DNA from: Pseudovirgaria hyperparasitica
Taxonomy: Eukaryota
Strand: one strand, 5' to 3'
Assembly: GCA_010093815.1 (NCBI GenBank)
Contig: ML996566.1
Length of the DNA: 64,000 bases
Shown: piece after piece, positions 37,701 to 50,720 of the stretch
Layout: each line of letters starts with the position of its first letter
Numbering within the stretch: the first letter of the stretch is position 1
The notes under the pieces: model-generated
Told to the model about the DNA's origin: nothing
Database searches by the model: none
Seen by the model: the letters and a program-made list of their open reading frames with translations, nothing else
Position numbers and translations under genes: made by a program

Positions 37701-39399
37701 TGCGCTGGGTTGCGGGTGTTGCGCGCTTCCAGTACCATATTACTCTCCCTCGTCCCGTCCAACCGCCCGCAGGACCAACCGCACCAGCAAGGATATGCCC
37801 CCAAGGACAACACCTCTACGCCGCTGTCTTCTCCTTTCGCCCTGGTCAACCATTTTTATCACCTTCTCCTTCCCTCTCTCTCTCTCTCTTTCTCTCGCCG
37901 CGTCTGTCTCTATCTAAGCGCTGTCAATCAACAATTAACGCTGCCCAGATGACAGAACCGCGCAGCCCTGCAATACTGACGTCGCCTTCTCCAGTTATTT
38001 TTTTAAACTCCTTGTTGTAGTTTGCCTGAAACTGGCCTGCGCCTCGCCCGACTGCATGAGCATGAGCATGAACATGACTCATGAGCAAGGAAGAACCACG
38101 ACAGCAAACACAAAAGGGACGGTCCGCTATTTTCATTATTCTCGACAAGCCTGCGGCTGGTACCAGGAAAGTGCTCGAGTAAGTAGTTCGTGTGTGTGTG
38201 TTTTGCGCAGGTCGGTCTGCATCTGCATCTGCATCCGCATCCGTGTATATGTCTGTGTGTGTGTGTGATTGCGACCGCGCAAATCCGAATCACATCGTGA
38301 TCCATCCAGCCATCCCCCGCCATCTCGCTTACGCCAGCAGCACTAAACCCGTTGCTGGTCGACGTAATATGTATTTGACTTTTCGTTGCTGTCGATTCCT
38401 CATACCGTTACCGTTCGCGCGATCACCATCAATCCATTCCCGACTTTCATCCGCGCATCTGTCAACCGTTTAGCCCCATCTATTATGTCGCTGCTTCCCC
38501 CTCCAAGCCGTCCCGGGCTCGCTCTTTCCCCGTAGCGTCGCCGCTTCCCGCCAACTCACAACAATACAACCTACCGTTCCATAGAACCCTTCGCTTGTTT
38601 CGGCTGGATCCCCGTCTTACATCGTCACCTCACCACTGCCTTCCTTCTCTGGAGACCCTGTGTATATATTCTCCGATCTGAGCTGCTGGCAAGTGCGACC
38701 ACCGCGGACAATATATCCTAATGTAACAGTAGCAGTGCCCGTCGCGTCGCGTGGCGCGCGAAGACAGTGCTAAATTGAAAGAAAAAAAGCCTGTCATGGC
38801 CTTGGCAAGCCCATCCCTATTACCATGGGATGGATGATAAGCAGAGAAAACCAAGGCAAGGTAAGCAGACTAAGATAACTGTAATGAGTAAGTATGTAGT
38901 TGAGTCGTCGACACATACACACTCTCTCTCTCTCTCCGCGGCCCGCTCGCTGTCTAGCCCTAGCAGCCCCTCCCTTACCTGACCTGACCGTGTGCCCGGT
39001 TTTATCACACTTTCTCAATCACAGATAGCCGATATGATGTGATGGAGGCTTGTGATTGCGGTGTTTGGGCTGCATGTTCGTGGGTCGCGGTTGTGATGGT
39101 GGTGGTGGTGATCTTGGGTCATCATGGTGGTGGTGGTGCTACTGTATTTGGGTATTGCGGTGGGGGCGGGAACTCGGAGCTTCGTCGGTGGTGTGGTGTG
39201 GTGTAGATGGAGCTGGTAACTGTAGTGACAGGACATTGGTCTGGGGACACAGGTCCGGAGTTCAACCACGGCCGGGAGGACAGTAGAGTGTCCCGAGATT
39301 AATGTCCTGTTTAGTACTTACTGCAGGTAATATGGCTAGACTCGTATCGATCAGTCTGGCGATGCGTCTTTGTGACATGTTGGATACAGCACAGAAGAT

Positions 39400-40680
39400 C
39401 TTGGTCGCGGCAAGGATACTTACTGCCCATGATCGAATATTAAATTGTATATAAGTCTGTTTCTTAACATTTGCTCTATTGCTATATGTCTCTGTCTATG
39501 GATTTGGATCTATTATCTCTAGCCATCTTACATCATACTCTAGTGTTTGGTTAATACATGTTGACTATTATACGCATAGATATATACATTGTCATCTACG
39601 AGTCCTTGCATACGAATTGATATATTATAACGTCTTTGTCAGGTACCTTCACTATCTAGCACTTTATTGTTTCTTTACATAGGCATCTATTAGCGAAATA
39701 ATCTCATAACATAGAACATGGTAATTAAGCTATAGATCGTCTATATGTTTAGTTACATGGTAGTACCAAGATTGCTTTGCTTATCTAGGTAGTACTTCCT
39801 TGTTCTTACTAACTACTAAAGTATAGACTCCTTCGTTATACTAATAGTAGCATTATCGTAGTTGTACTCGCTACCTTATAGTCTTTACTTAATATGGAAA
39901 AAATTCCCATCGTTCGCTTTTACAACTCTAGTAGAGATTTTTAGGCATAGACACTTTTTCAAAGATAATTCTATTGTTTACCTCTCCGTAGAGCTACTTA
40001 AGTAAACGTTCGATACCTATACAGATAGATTTATACTATGAGATACGATAGACTAAAAGCGTTTCATCGGTACACGAAATGTCCCGATTGATGCCTTTAG
40101 GTATAGCTACACATAGCCTATATATAGGAGTTCGGTACAAAGCGCGGTAAAGTCTTACCCTTAATCAAGAGACACACGATACCGCTGTTGTATTTGGACT
40201 TTACGGAGCAGACATAATAACCAAATGGTTTGATATATGGTATATAGCTAAGCATTTTATAATCTTACTAAGTAGGCTACCTTAATACTATGAATACTAA
40301 ATAAGAATCTACTTGCGGAGTTATCAATCAGCTATTAGACTTTCTATATATGTAAGATATAAAGTTAGACTAGAGCACTTCTACTTATCTATTAGGGTAA
40401 GTCTAAGAAGAGCATACCTCTTATTCTTCTTGCTAGATAGGCGATCTAGTATATAGTGAGCGTTATAAAGTACATAAGCCAACGAAATCTATGCCGGTCA
40501 CCTAATATCTCTATACTTTCTGCTTAATTCTTCTTCTCTACCTTTAGATCTACTACATTTAACTCCTGTATCTCTGTGCCTCTATTGATATGTCTATCTT
40601 GTTCTCTTAGTAATCCATTTATAAGTGAGTGAGTATCTATGATCTACTAATAGACACACTTCCTAGTAGGTACAAAAGAA
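39400..40680 (-). pseudogene. RIP-mutated relic of an unidentified gene or transposon ORF
   Basis: AT/TpA-rich. One minus frame reads protein-like (YNEGVYTLVVSKNKEVLPR*AKQSWYYHVTKHIDDL*LNY) with stops mostly TAA/TAG, as expected from CAA/CAG C->T changes. Confidence 0.55.
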
Positions 40681-41406
40681 CGGAGACGTCTCATAGTCGA
40701 ATCAGTCAGTCTGTCCGTCACTCAACATTCCTTTAGTCCCTGATGAGACGTATAAGACTTCACAAACATTGAGATTTAGCTTGACGGCACGTATAATGCA
40801 GACTTATTGAAACTAGTGCGAAAATCTTCGTCTGGAGGGAAATACTTCACATGCAAGGACATTTTTGAGTTGATCTGCGTCTTTGCTTGACTGCATAGAG
40901 TGCTATGGCCCGTTTCTTAGAAGATAGTACGCTAGAGTGAATTACAAGCGGTGACGTTGAGACTGGCCGTGAGCAGTGGATGACGACATTGTTTGCGTCA
41001 GTAATCATACCGATCGCGGCAGAGCGAGATGGGGCGTTATTAGACGGTGAGGAAGGGGCAGGAGGGAGAAGATGTACCGTGTGTTGTGCTTGAGGATGAA
41101 GACATACGGTTGAAAATGAAGAGCGTACGCATGTGGTCCGCAAAGACTGAGATCAGTCCACGTGCGTGGAAGCACCTTTTCGGTGAATACCTTCGTCTTT
41201 GGTGCTTGAAGTCCCGCCCGCTGACCCCTCACATCTGGTAGACATTCTTCGATGCGCCTCTCTGGTCAGTGCATGCCCGTGCAAGTAAGGATGGAGGAGA
41301 TGGCAGGCAGATACAGTCCCCAGAGTACTTCTTCATGGTCAAATCGTTCGTTCTATCTAAACTTATTAACCGTACTAGCCAAGTCTCTCATTTGTAGCGA
41401 GTCGCG

Positions 41407-42237
41407 TCATGACTCTTGGGAAACGGCGACCTCAATCGCATCTAAGACCTGTGATGAAGTCTCAAAATGGCCCATCCAGCATTTTTCGATCACATCGCCA
41501 AGCATAATGTCAGCGGTAGGTGGGAAGATGTCTTGTCGAAAAAGAGCCTCGATAGAATCGCTGTCCTCAATATCTTCATACACCAGCGTACCAGTCGAGA
41601 TTTCATACAGCAGACTTCCAATAGCAAACGTTTCTGTAGCAGCGGTTACGTCCCATCGGTCTGCGACGTTCTGTTTCCAGTAACGGGACTCCGGGAGAAC
41701 GCTAGCTGACAGATCGCCCAGCGCAGACCCAGCAAAGTCGTGCAACAACAAAGACAGATCATCGGCAACAAGTATGTTTTTGGCACTCACGTCGCCTTGC
41801 AGGACACCCTTGGAATGGATATACACCAGGCTGCTCACGGCCGCTCTCGCCCAGCGCATCCTCATGGACGAATCAATCTCCCCCTTTCGCGTCCTCAGAT
41901 ACGTCCGGAGGCTTCCGTTCTTCATATAAGGGAATATAAGCCCTTCGGCGGAGATCTCGAGACAAGGCAGAATCCCTTCATGGGAGCCGAGATGCCGGTA
42001 TATTTCCGCCTCGCGCGATATAAGCATGGCTGAATCCTCTTCCAGGTATCTCATTCTCTCTGTCGTCTTTTCGTCACAGCCCTCGCAAGAGAACAATGAC
42101 GGAGATTTGAGCACGGTGCGGCCATCTTCGGACAGGTGGACTCTCGAATTACATCCTCGTTCTGGAAGATCTAGCCGATGAGTACCGGTGGGGCGAACCA
42201 CGATCGGTAGGCCTTTGTTCGATTGACCTATAGACAT
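41407..42237 (-). CDS. Intronless protein kinase-like protein (divergent fungal family)
   Basis: VLK, REAEIY..LG.H, YIHSKGVLQGDVSAKNILV, DFAGS, ETFAIGSLLYEISTG, IEKCW. First ATG at 42237. Confidence 0.85.
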   Translation of the reverse strand: MSIGQSNKGLPIVVRPTGTHRLDLPERGCNSRVHLSEDGRTVLKSPSLFSCEGCDEKTTERMRYLEEDSAMLISREAEIYRHLGSHEGILPCLEISAEGLIFPYMKNGSLRTYLRTRKGEIDSSMRMRWARAAVSSLVYIHSKGVLQGDVSAKNILVADDLSLLLHDFAGSALGDLSASVLPESRYWKQNVADRWDVTAATETFAIGSLLYEISTGTLVYEDIEDSDSIEALFRQDIFPPTADIMLGDVIEKCWMGHFETSSQVLDAIEVAVSQES

Positions 42238-42399
42238 TGTGGATGAAGGCGTTGAGGTACCTATTGATTTAGTACGTGGAAGTTGAATCCATAAAGCGTT
42301 GAACAAGTCTCAACAGGAAAGCCATACCACTTGATACGCCGCACTAATCCGCACTGAGTCTAGCGTAACAACTCCCTACTCAAGTATGTAATGATTTAA

Positions 42400-42850
42400 C
42401 GACCAAGAGACGGGCATACAATGACACATTGATACCGTCGCTATAAGACCTACCTGGACTAAGGTTATTTGTGGTACAGGATATTACCTAAACCATGATA
42501 TAGCTAGAAACAATTACTAGTAACATAATACTACTAGAGACAGACTACTCATAACATAATATTACTAGAAACAAGGTATCATTAAAAACACGTATTTACC
42601 AGAGATACAATAATGCTAAAAACACGCTGTTCTTAAGCCAAGGTCCCTGTAGTCTAGTAACACATATATATAGTTGTATGTAACCTCTTGATCGACGCCT
42701 AATCTGCATTACATCTAGTTGATACTTAAGGCTAACCCATCCGAAGAAGAAGTACAGATATAGGACTATTATTAGTTTCTGACCTTTTCATGCTATGGTA
42801 CATTTACTACTACGGCCACACTAGCCTAAGCTACAACAACGCATGACAAG
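42400..42850. other. AT-rich RIP-like relic with short internal repeats (TAACATAATA[C/T]TACTAGA[G/A]ACA)
   Basis: TpA-rich; repeated motif at ~42520 and ~42552. Confidence 0.5.
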
Positions 42851-42878
42851 TACCAACCCTATCGCAAGACTAATTCCA

Positions 42879-42906
42879 CCAACAACAACAACAACAACAA
42901 CAACAA
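42879..42906. repeat. (CAA)n microsatellite
   Basis: Directly visible. Confidence 0.9.
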
Positions 42907-43621
42907 TAAGATCAACCCAGAACCACCAACAGCCCTAACACATACAGAGTCGAAACCACCCCCGCAGGCAGCTACGACTTCGAATTCCTCATCTTTCAAA
43001 GCTTCATTTTAGTACAGCATATCACGTTCACACTTCACTACCACCCTCATGTCCTACTCCCCCTTAACCGCACGTACACAAACACCCTACCAATACAAAG
43101 TCCACCACCAACCCCACACATACTCTCAATACGAATCTGAGACCTTCCAGCCAAGGGTTATCATCTCAAGACCTTGCGTATCTCAAACGCCATACTAAAA
43201 CGAGAGCGGTAGATCTTATTCAGACAGATATCGACATTGGGTTGTACGTAGGATAGTAACCGACGACTTCTATTCTATCGTCATGCAAAACGCCATCTAA
43301 TTTCCCCATCTTCAAACATGTGTTTCAAAAGCTACGGAAAAGGACTGTTAGTGAGCGACGATGACACGATATAGGTAGGGGGAAATAATGCGAGAGAGTA
43401 AAACACAACCGGAAATCCAAACAACCCTCCAAAACACTCTCACGCACACAATAAATTACATACACTGCTATATTATAACAAGCCACCTTACCACCACCTG
43501 CCTTGACTACCATACCAGACCAGAACAATAAAACTCCTAGATTTTTCTCCGATAAACAACTTAGCACGAGAAGCAGCACCAGTCCAATGATCCCACCCTG
43601 AGTTAGTAACATACACATCCT

Positions 43622-43626
<5 letters not shown>

Positions 43627-43661
<35 letters not shown>
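43627..43661. repeat. (CA)n microsatellite
   Basis: Directly visible. Confidence 0.95.
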
Positions 43662-43665
<4 letters not shown>

Positions 43666-44041
43666 CTAGTAGAACCCCCCTTTTCGATCGAAAAAACAAC
43701 AACAACAACAATACCGATTCTCGACCTTTGGGACTCATGACCATCTAAATTCCAAAATAAAAGAAAATACGAAACGACGTAACCTCTCACGATAAATTGC
43801 AGAGAATTAACCCCCCCCCCCAAAAAAAAAAAAAGAAAGAAAGAATTATATTACCTCCAAATCTCTGCCCTCTAGCTCTACGCCCCCCAAATCCCGACTT
43901 CATCTAAGAACAAATATCCGATAACCCAAGCCAAAACATTCCACGTGTAGAAAGAACGGTAGTCAGCAGTCAGCAGTCAGTAGTCAAGTCGCAGCAGTAA
44001 GTATCCTTACCATCCAGACTTTTAGATTCCTAAATTTGTCA

Positions 44042-44135
44042 ATTCGCAGATTCGCAGGTTTAACAGATTCGCAGGTTTACAGATTCGCAGATTTACAGAT
44101 TCGCAGGTTTACAGATTCGCAAGTTTAACAGATTC
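44042..44135. repeat. Minisatellite, 16-17-bp unit ACAGATTCGCAGGTTT(A)
   Basis: About five head-to-tail copies, no spacers. Confidence 0.9.
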
Positions 44136-44807
44136 ATCAATCCACCCAATTAAACATGAAACGCATTCATCGCCAGACACGTTATATCACAGCGTTACAC
44201 CACATATATTATATCAATATCATCCCATCTACACACAACTCACCTACTCACCATCAACCTTTCAACATGCCCATACATACCTACCTACCTACCTCTCTAC
44301 CCATACATCAACCCCACCCATCCGAACCCACGCATCCATCACAATCTACGAGGGGAACAGTAGCCCTACTTTCAGACCGGTAAACCGTATACAGCAAGGC
44401 AGATTGCAAAGTGTACAATTACAGTCCAAGGGAGGAGGAGGCGGGGAACATTAGTCTGTGCTGTGGACACATTCTGCTGTCTGAATTGTGTCTGGATTGG
44501 CTTTGGCTTTGGAAAATGACTGGGTGGGTCGGTGGAAGGATATTGGGCTGCTGTTTGACATGGAAAGTAGGATAAAGTGATTGATAGATAGAGGCTACAA
44601 TGTTGCGAGGAGTTGGTGGAAAAATGTTGGAAGAATGGATATTGATTGAACTCATTCTGAGTTGGGGAAGAGGAAGATCGGTAACGTGTTAGTTCTACTT
44701 TCGATTATATTCTTCTGTTTCTATCTTCAAAAGGCTATAGATTGAACTGTTAGCTTACGAGGATTAATCGTACGATTCACATATATGGAAAGTGGTACGA
44801 GTTATTG

Positions 44808-44954
44808 CAGTTGGGTACCGGTGAAAGAAGTAAATGCTCTTTGCAGACGTTGGTCTTTTCAGCTGGGTACCGGTGAATAGAGTAATGCTGGTCGCAGAGT
44901 TTGGTCTTCCAGCTGGGTTCTGGTGAATAGAGGAATGCTGGTTGCAGAATTTGA
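44808..44954. repeat. Tandem repeat, ~50-bp unit x3 (CAGCTGGGTACCGGTGAATAGAGTAATGCT...)
   Basis: Copies start at 44808, 44860 and 44910. Confidence 0.85.
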
Positions 44955-47900
44955 TGAGCGGAGGGTACGTATGCACTCTGCAGCCTCAGTAATGGTGCTG
45001 AGATCTGAGTAAGTCAGGCGAGCTACGCACCACGCAGCGGACGGGAATCACACGTGAAACCTGCAACTGTCAATCACTGCATAAAAATCACCTGGAGGTA
45101 CCTGTCGATAGTCCTGCGTTCATCACACAAAGCGTGAGAATGGAACATCGATTGGTGCCCAAAACCATGAAAGTGATTGATGAACAGCAGCCCCATATTT
45201 CTGCAACGCAGGCGTCAGCGCAAAGCGTGGCCAGGCTCCAATAGGACTTCCAGGACTTGTCTAGATGAGGATCTTCAAGCTGAGGAGAGAACGTGTCGAC
45301 AAAGTTCCAGGTGATACGTACCAAAGACCTGGATGTATTGCATGGCCTGACCAACGGGCAAAAGTCGTTTCGGCCTCGTCACGAGTACAAATGCAGCCGC
45401 ACAACGTAGCTACTATGGGATCGGCGCATCGGGTAGCCGTCTGTTTTCCCACCTACACATGACAATGGACATGGTCTCAAGGTCGAGTGCTCGACTGCGC
45501 AAGTGTCGCTCGGTGCATCTTCCGAAGAGTCGTCTGCTGGGTACGGTCCTAATGATCTCTAATTCTTTACCCGATCATCTGAATGCGTTTTATATGATGA
45601 CAGGCTTCACACATCATTATATCCAGCATTCATGTCTGATTATGCGGGGTCTGAGGCTATCAGCCTGGTTCTGTATTAGCATGTCAACGACCAAGCCCAC
45701 CACTACTAGCCACGTGAAGAGGAGAACCAAGGCGCTGTGGGTACTTGTCGCTACCACAAATTGTTGTAGTGGTGCTTGATGACTTTGTGGCGAGGTTTGT
45801 GGCAGTGTTATGATATAATCCGTCCCGTGCGCGAACATCAAAAGTGAACGTGCACCGCCCATACCCCGAAATATGGTCACAGCATATTCCTGGAAGTCTG
45901 TGGCTTGTGGCTGTTGCCTCGCGTCGACGGCACCGGTCGAAGAGGTGTAAGCAGGCCTTGCCGCCGTGAATATATATCGGTAGCGTATATCGCGGCTAGG
46001 ACGGTCCTGAGTCTTAGCCAAAGAAGTCTACCGGCTTTGCCCCCATAACCTGAAAAGGACCTATGAGTCCCAAAGTGTAATCCAGACACTGGCATGCTCA
46101 CAACATCTTGACTGGAATTTATTCTTTGTCGCGGAGTGCTTCATCATACTCGTCTCGAGCTACGAAATGAACTGTTTCGAGTCAGAATACCGCCGAGTTC
46201 GAGCCGTTAAGGTTTTTGAGTTTGGGGGAAGCAGAAAGTGAGAATCGGTGGCTCTACGGCGAGGAAGGGCCGAGCCAGGTAGAGCTGAATGAGAAGAGAG
46301 AAGAATGCAAGTTTTTGACCCTGGCTGAACGATAGTTGTGTTCTTCGCATAACTCGCGCATAGGGGTTCGAAGGTTTGAAGTTGGAGGGTAGTGCTGTGG
46401 ACCCTGAACGCTGCCATGAACGGCCCGCAACGAATGAGAACGGTTCCCGCAAGGATTACCGTTAAAGTCATGGCTGAGGCTGGAAGTCGTACATTGGATG
46501 GCGTGACATGCCCGGCCGTGATGGCTAGCATTTTGGCCAATTGGGAGTGTAAAGGAACCAGAAACCCTTACATTTTCCAAATCCGAACCGACGCGATTCG
46601 TGCCGGCCATGCTGGAGATCGAGATGCGGAACATAGAACGATCATTGCACCGTAACGGGCCTATTCGATTCAACCCAGTTTACTCTCAATTGGACAACCA
46701 TACCCCAGTATACTGTGCTTGTAACCAGACAAACTAAGTAGACGTTGCGAGCTAAGGTATGAAAAGCAAGAGCACAGCAGGTGTGCTCTCGTGTCGAGTG
46801 ATTTGAGAGCACTGAGAGCGTGGAACGGGAGGACAGCCAGGCTGCAAAGTTCTCCGTCCGTCACTTCAACAGGTTTTCGGGAAATGATTAATTACCCCAC
46901 ATCTATGAACGCCACATCGAGCGCCAGTTGACGACTCCTAAGGACTGCGACCTATGTTGACTATATCGAGTCGAGGGTTGAAGCTCTTCGAAGTTTAGCT
47001 ATCCCAGGCGCGAACACATGCGAGTAGATGGACTCGCATGAAAAGATAGCGGCGGTAACGTGCCTTGCTACCGAGCGCGATTAGCTGAACAGCAACGGTG
47101 CATGAGCTCAGTCGATGTCATGTAGACAGCGCGAGAGACTCGTAGCATTCAAGTCGACGCTTCATCTTCAGACAGCGAGACGCGACGTCATTGTTTGCAC
47201 GTAATTGAAATGCTTCTTGACGGCAAGATGAAGCTTTATAGCGGAGGAAGAATGACAGCGAGCCCAGAACGGTGCTCGTCCGAGAGCTTAGGGATTTCCA
47301 AGTGTCAGCAGCACCAGAACCAAGCTCCTTCCCGAAAGTCCAAAGGCCACTGGTCGTGAATAGTATGCTCGGCGGTGGATCCGCGCTGACCGATTACCAG
47401 TGCATTGGAAGCTGAACCCAGTTCAGCGATCAACCAAGCATCATTTAGGACTCGTTTCTATAGCTTCGCTTACGCAGTCGCACTTGGTCGGGATGTCCCT
47501 TGAAGAAGTTAGGAGTCCGATAGGTTCGGCTCGAAAAGATGGACGAGCCGGGCAGGCCAGCGGAAGCGCTCCAGGAGCAAACGGTGGACCCTATTGGAGC
47601 ATGGAATTGGAAGATGGAGAATGCCGCATAGGCATGTTGCTTTGTGTAGGTAGGCAGTTCCGCCAGTACGTTGCGACCAACTGAGGAAGGTTTAGTCTCG
47701 GTGCAAGCGCAAGCCATCCTCTAGTCGGCCCGACAGGGACGTGTCAAGGGTGAGTGACGGCCAGCGTTTGACTGTGGCGGTTCTAGACTTTCATTAAGGG
47801 CTCCAGAATCGTGCGACAGGCGCAGCGTTAGAGGTTGAAGACGGCGCCATACGTTTTTGCGAGAACATATGACGCTCTGGCACTCTTCTGAACGAGTCTG

Positions 47901-50710
47901 TTAGCCACAACGTAATGATGTCAGTCTGAAGAAACTGCACCTAACGGAGCTTGAACCTCTGGGAGAGTTCTCCAGATTAGTTACGGTGTGTGAAGTTGGA
48001 GGGCTTGGGTGTGAATAGATGCAACTAGGTTCGACAGGTTTGCAGCTACTGCAGTTGGCTTGTCAAGCTGCTGTCAACTAACCAGGAGCGTTTTGGGATG
48101 TGGTGACGGCTCGTTGGCAAGGCGATAGACTTGTTTTTTTGACAGATTGTGTGATCAGGATGGGCTGAGTCACAGAGCAGCCGGGACGTGATAGCTTTAA
48201 TGATTAGGTACAACGAGGACGTCATAAGTCGGTGTTGGGTTGACGGAAGTTGGACGCGGCACTAATTAATTACAGTATTAGACGAGAGGTGACAACGGTC
48301 TGTACGGGCGGGCGGTCAAGTCAGGAGCACCCGCCACAGCTGCCCTGCATGAAAAGTTTCCAAATCGAGATATAGAGAGAGACATAGTGGATGAATATCG
48401 AATATGTTGAACAATCTCCAGGCTATCTCCTAGCTTTGAGACTGTTGGAAGGAGGCAGACAGAGGCAGACAGGCGAGTAAGATGGCAGTTGAGTGTCATT
48501 CAGCACGGGAGGAGTTGAGGGCTTGGCTGTGAGAATGAGAGAAACAATCTTCGATCGCATTGAACAGATCGGTGATGGGATGGACAGATAGCAGGTGACT
48601 GAATGGGGTGCGGCACAGGGGGGCCTCCAAGCCTCCAAGCCTCCAAGGCCTTCCAAGGGGTACCTCTGCCGCAGTGTCTTTTTGGGGGAGACGGGAAGTG
48701 ACGTCGTGGGCAGCAAGTTGAGGCAAGTTGGAGGATTCAGTTAGTAGGGTTAGTAGGGTAGGGAGAGGCAGAAGGGATTGAAGCAATAGGGAAAAGGCAT
48801 AGCTGAGCCTTATTGAGCATGGACTACTGTGGGGGATCGAACGTTTTGCAGGCTGATCGAGAATTCTTCGACAACGCTACTGTATGTGCCACGTTGGTGG
48901 TGCAGGGCAAATCCCATCTTCTGCCCCCCCGCCAGCCGCCGCCGAGCTCCTCCAAAGAAGAAGGGAGGGGGAGGGGGGGATTGGGGAGAGGAGAGAGACC
49001 ACCACGCGTGCTGTGGGCTGTGGCTGACGGCGGGGTGCTGCTGCTGCTGCTACTGCTGGCACAGTACGTACAGTGACAGTGAGCTGCGAGTGCTTAATAG
49101 CAATGCTAAACAAACAAACAGACAGACAGACAGACAGACCCTTTGCGAAACCCTGCCAGCCATCCATAATAATACATACTGTAATGGCCCTTGACAGTAG
49201 TAATTATTAGCACTGTAGTAGGTAATTACTGCTACCAGCTACTGTCGCTACTCCTGCTCCTGCTCCTGCTCCTGCGTACTGCTTGCTGCTTACCCTAACG
49301 TGCTGCTGGCTGCTGAGCTGCTGCTGAGTCCGCTCCAGTAACATCTGCCATACGCGCCTTGATATCTCCTGCTTTTTGTCCCTAGTTTGTGCTTGTTGGA
49401 GGCTTCGTCGACCTGACTGCGATGTGGTGGTAGTAGTGGCCGGTAACGTAACCGAGACGAGGATCGCGTCAGTCACTGACAGTCAGCCCGTGTGCAGCTT
49501 AATTAATTAGTCTTTTGATCTTTCGCCGCTCTTTTGAAACAGAACGGTGTTGTTTAATAGAAATTCTGGCCAGGCTGGCTTGCTGTCGCCTCAAACATCG
49601 TGCGCTAATACCGCCATGAGGATCTGCGGAGAATCCCGTGTGTAGTCCTCCAAAGTCGCTCCTTCAACACGCCAGCACGACAACTCTGATGCTTCTGATA
49701 AGAGGACAAGAGGATTCGAGATAGTCAGAAGATAAAAGAAACAACCAAACTTTCTTACCCTCTAGCTGATGTCTTGTGAGCTGCAAAGACAGCTGAGCAC
49801 ACCGAACTGATCTTACCCCGCGTACACAATCCTACAGAGCTGGCATCTCTATCGATCCAGGCGAGACATCCGATGCACCAGTAGTCATAATTACCCTTCA
49901 TACAGCAATGCACCTGTGAAAAGTGAATCATATTCAGGCAGTGTGAATAGGCTGCTGGGATTGCACTTCGGCAGATAAGATGCCCTCACCAGACACGAGC
50001 GGGAGACAGGGAGCTGCCTGAACTGCTGGAACTGCTGGAACTGTAAACAAGTCAAGTAAAACGCAGAGGGACAGCGTGCATGGTTCAAGCAAATCTGCTC
50101 CCCGGCAGGCTGCGGAAGACGTCTGAGGGGGCCTGTAACCTTGGTCTACCACGAGGAATAATGTTACTGTGCTTCATTGATTTCAACATTGGTACTTGGG
50201 ATTTCAGTAAATTCCGTGACGACATCCTATCAGCCTAGCGGAACATGTTCAACAAATATATCTCTTTTTGTTTTCCGCCTAGACACAACACCCCAACACC
50301 AAAAGTCGGGTTCACGATGGCACACAGAGATGGAGCCAGCTGGCTAGAGAGCCAGGCCAGCGATGCCATTCTCTACATAATTACTAGTAGCACGGTAGTA
50401 CAGTATACAGGAGTGACTGCTAAGAGTCATGGTGCCTGCTCAACGTTTGTTGTGTATCGACTTCTCAGAGAGGGGATGCCAAAGCAAAAGGGCACCAGGG
50501 TGGATTACCATGAACCGCCGAAGCAATCGAGGGGGGTGGCATTTGCCCGTGGGATTTGGCCATGGCATGAGGGAAAATGGCCTGCAGCGCTGCAGAAAAA
50601 GCATCCATCCTCCTATGCCGTATTCCGCTTTCCTGGCAATTCCAGACGATGGCGTTGGCTGCACGTACTCCGAGGAAAGTTTTTTGCCAAACACACAACC
50701 ACCCCCTCCC

Positions 50711-50720
50711 NNNNNNNNNN
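50711..50720. other. Assembly gap (10 N) within a poly-C tract
   Basis: nnnnnnnnnn. Confidence 1.

Noticed and set aside
40681..40710. Possible transposon terminus (..GTCGAATCAGTCAGT) at the edge of the RIP relic
   Set aside because: No matching inverted or direct partner or TSD found by eye.
44042..44135. CRISPR-like array
   Set aside because: Repeats are contiguous with no unique spacers, the context is eukaryotic, and no cas genes are present.
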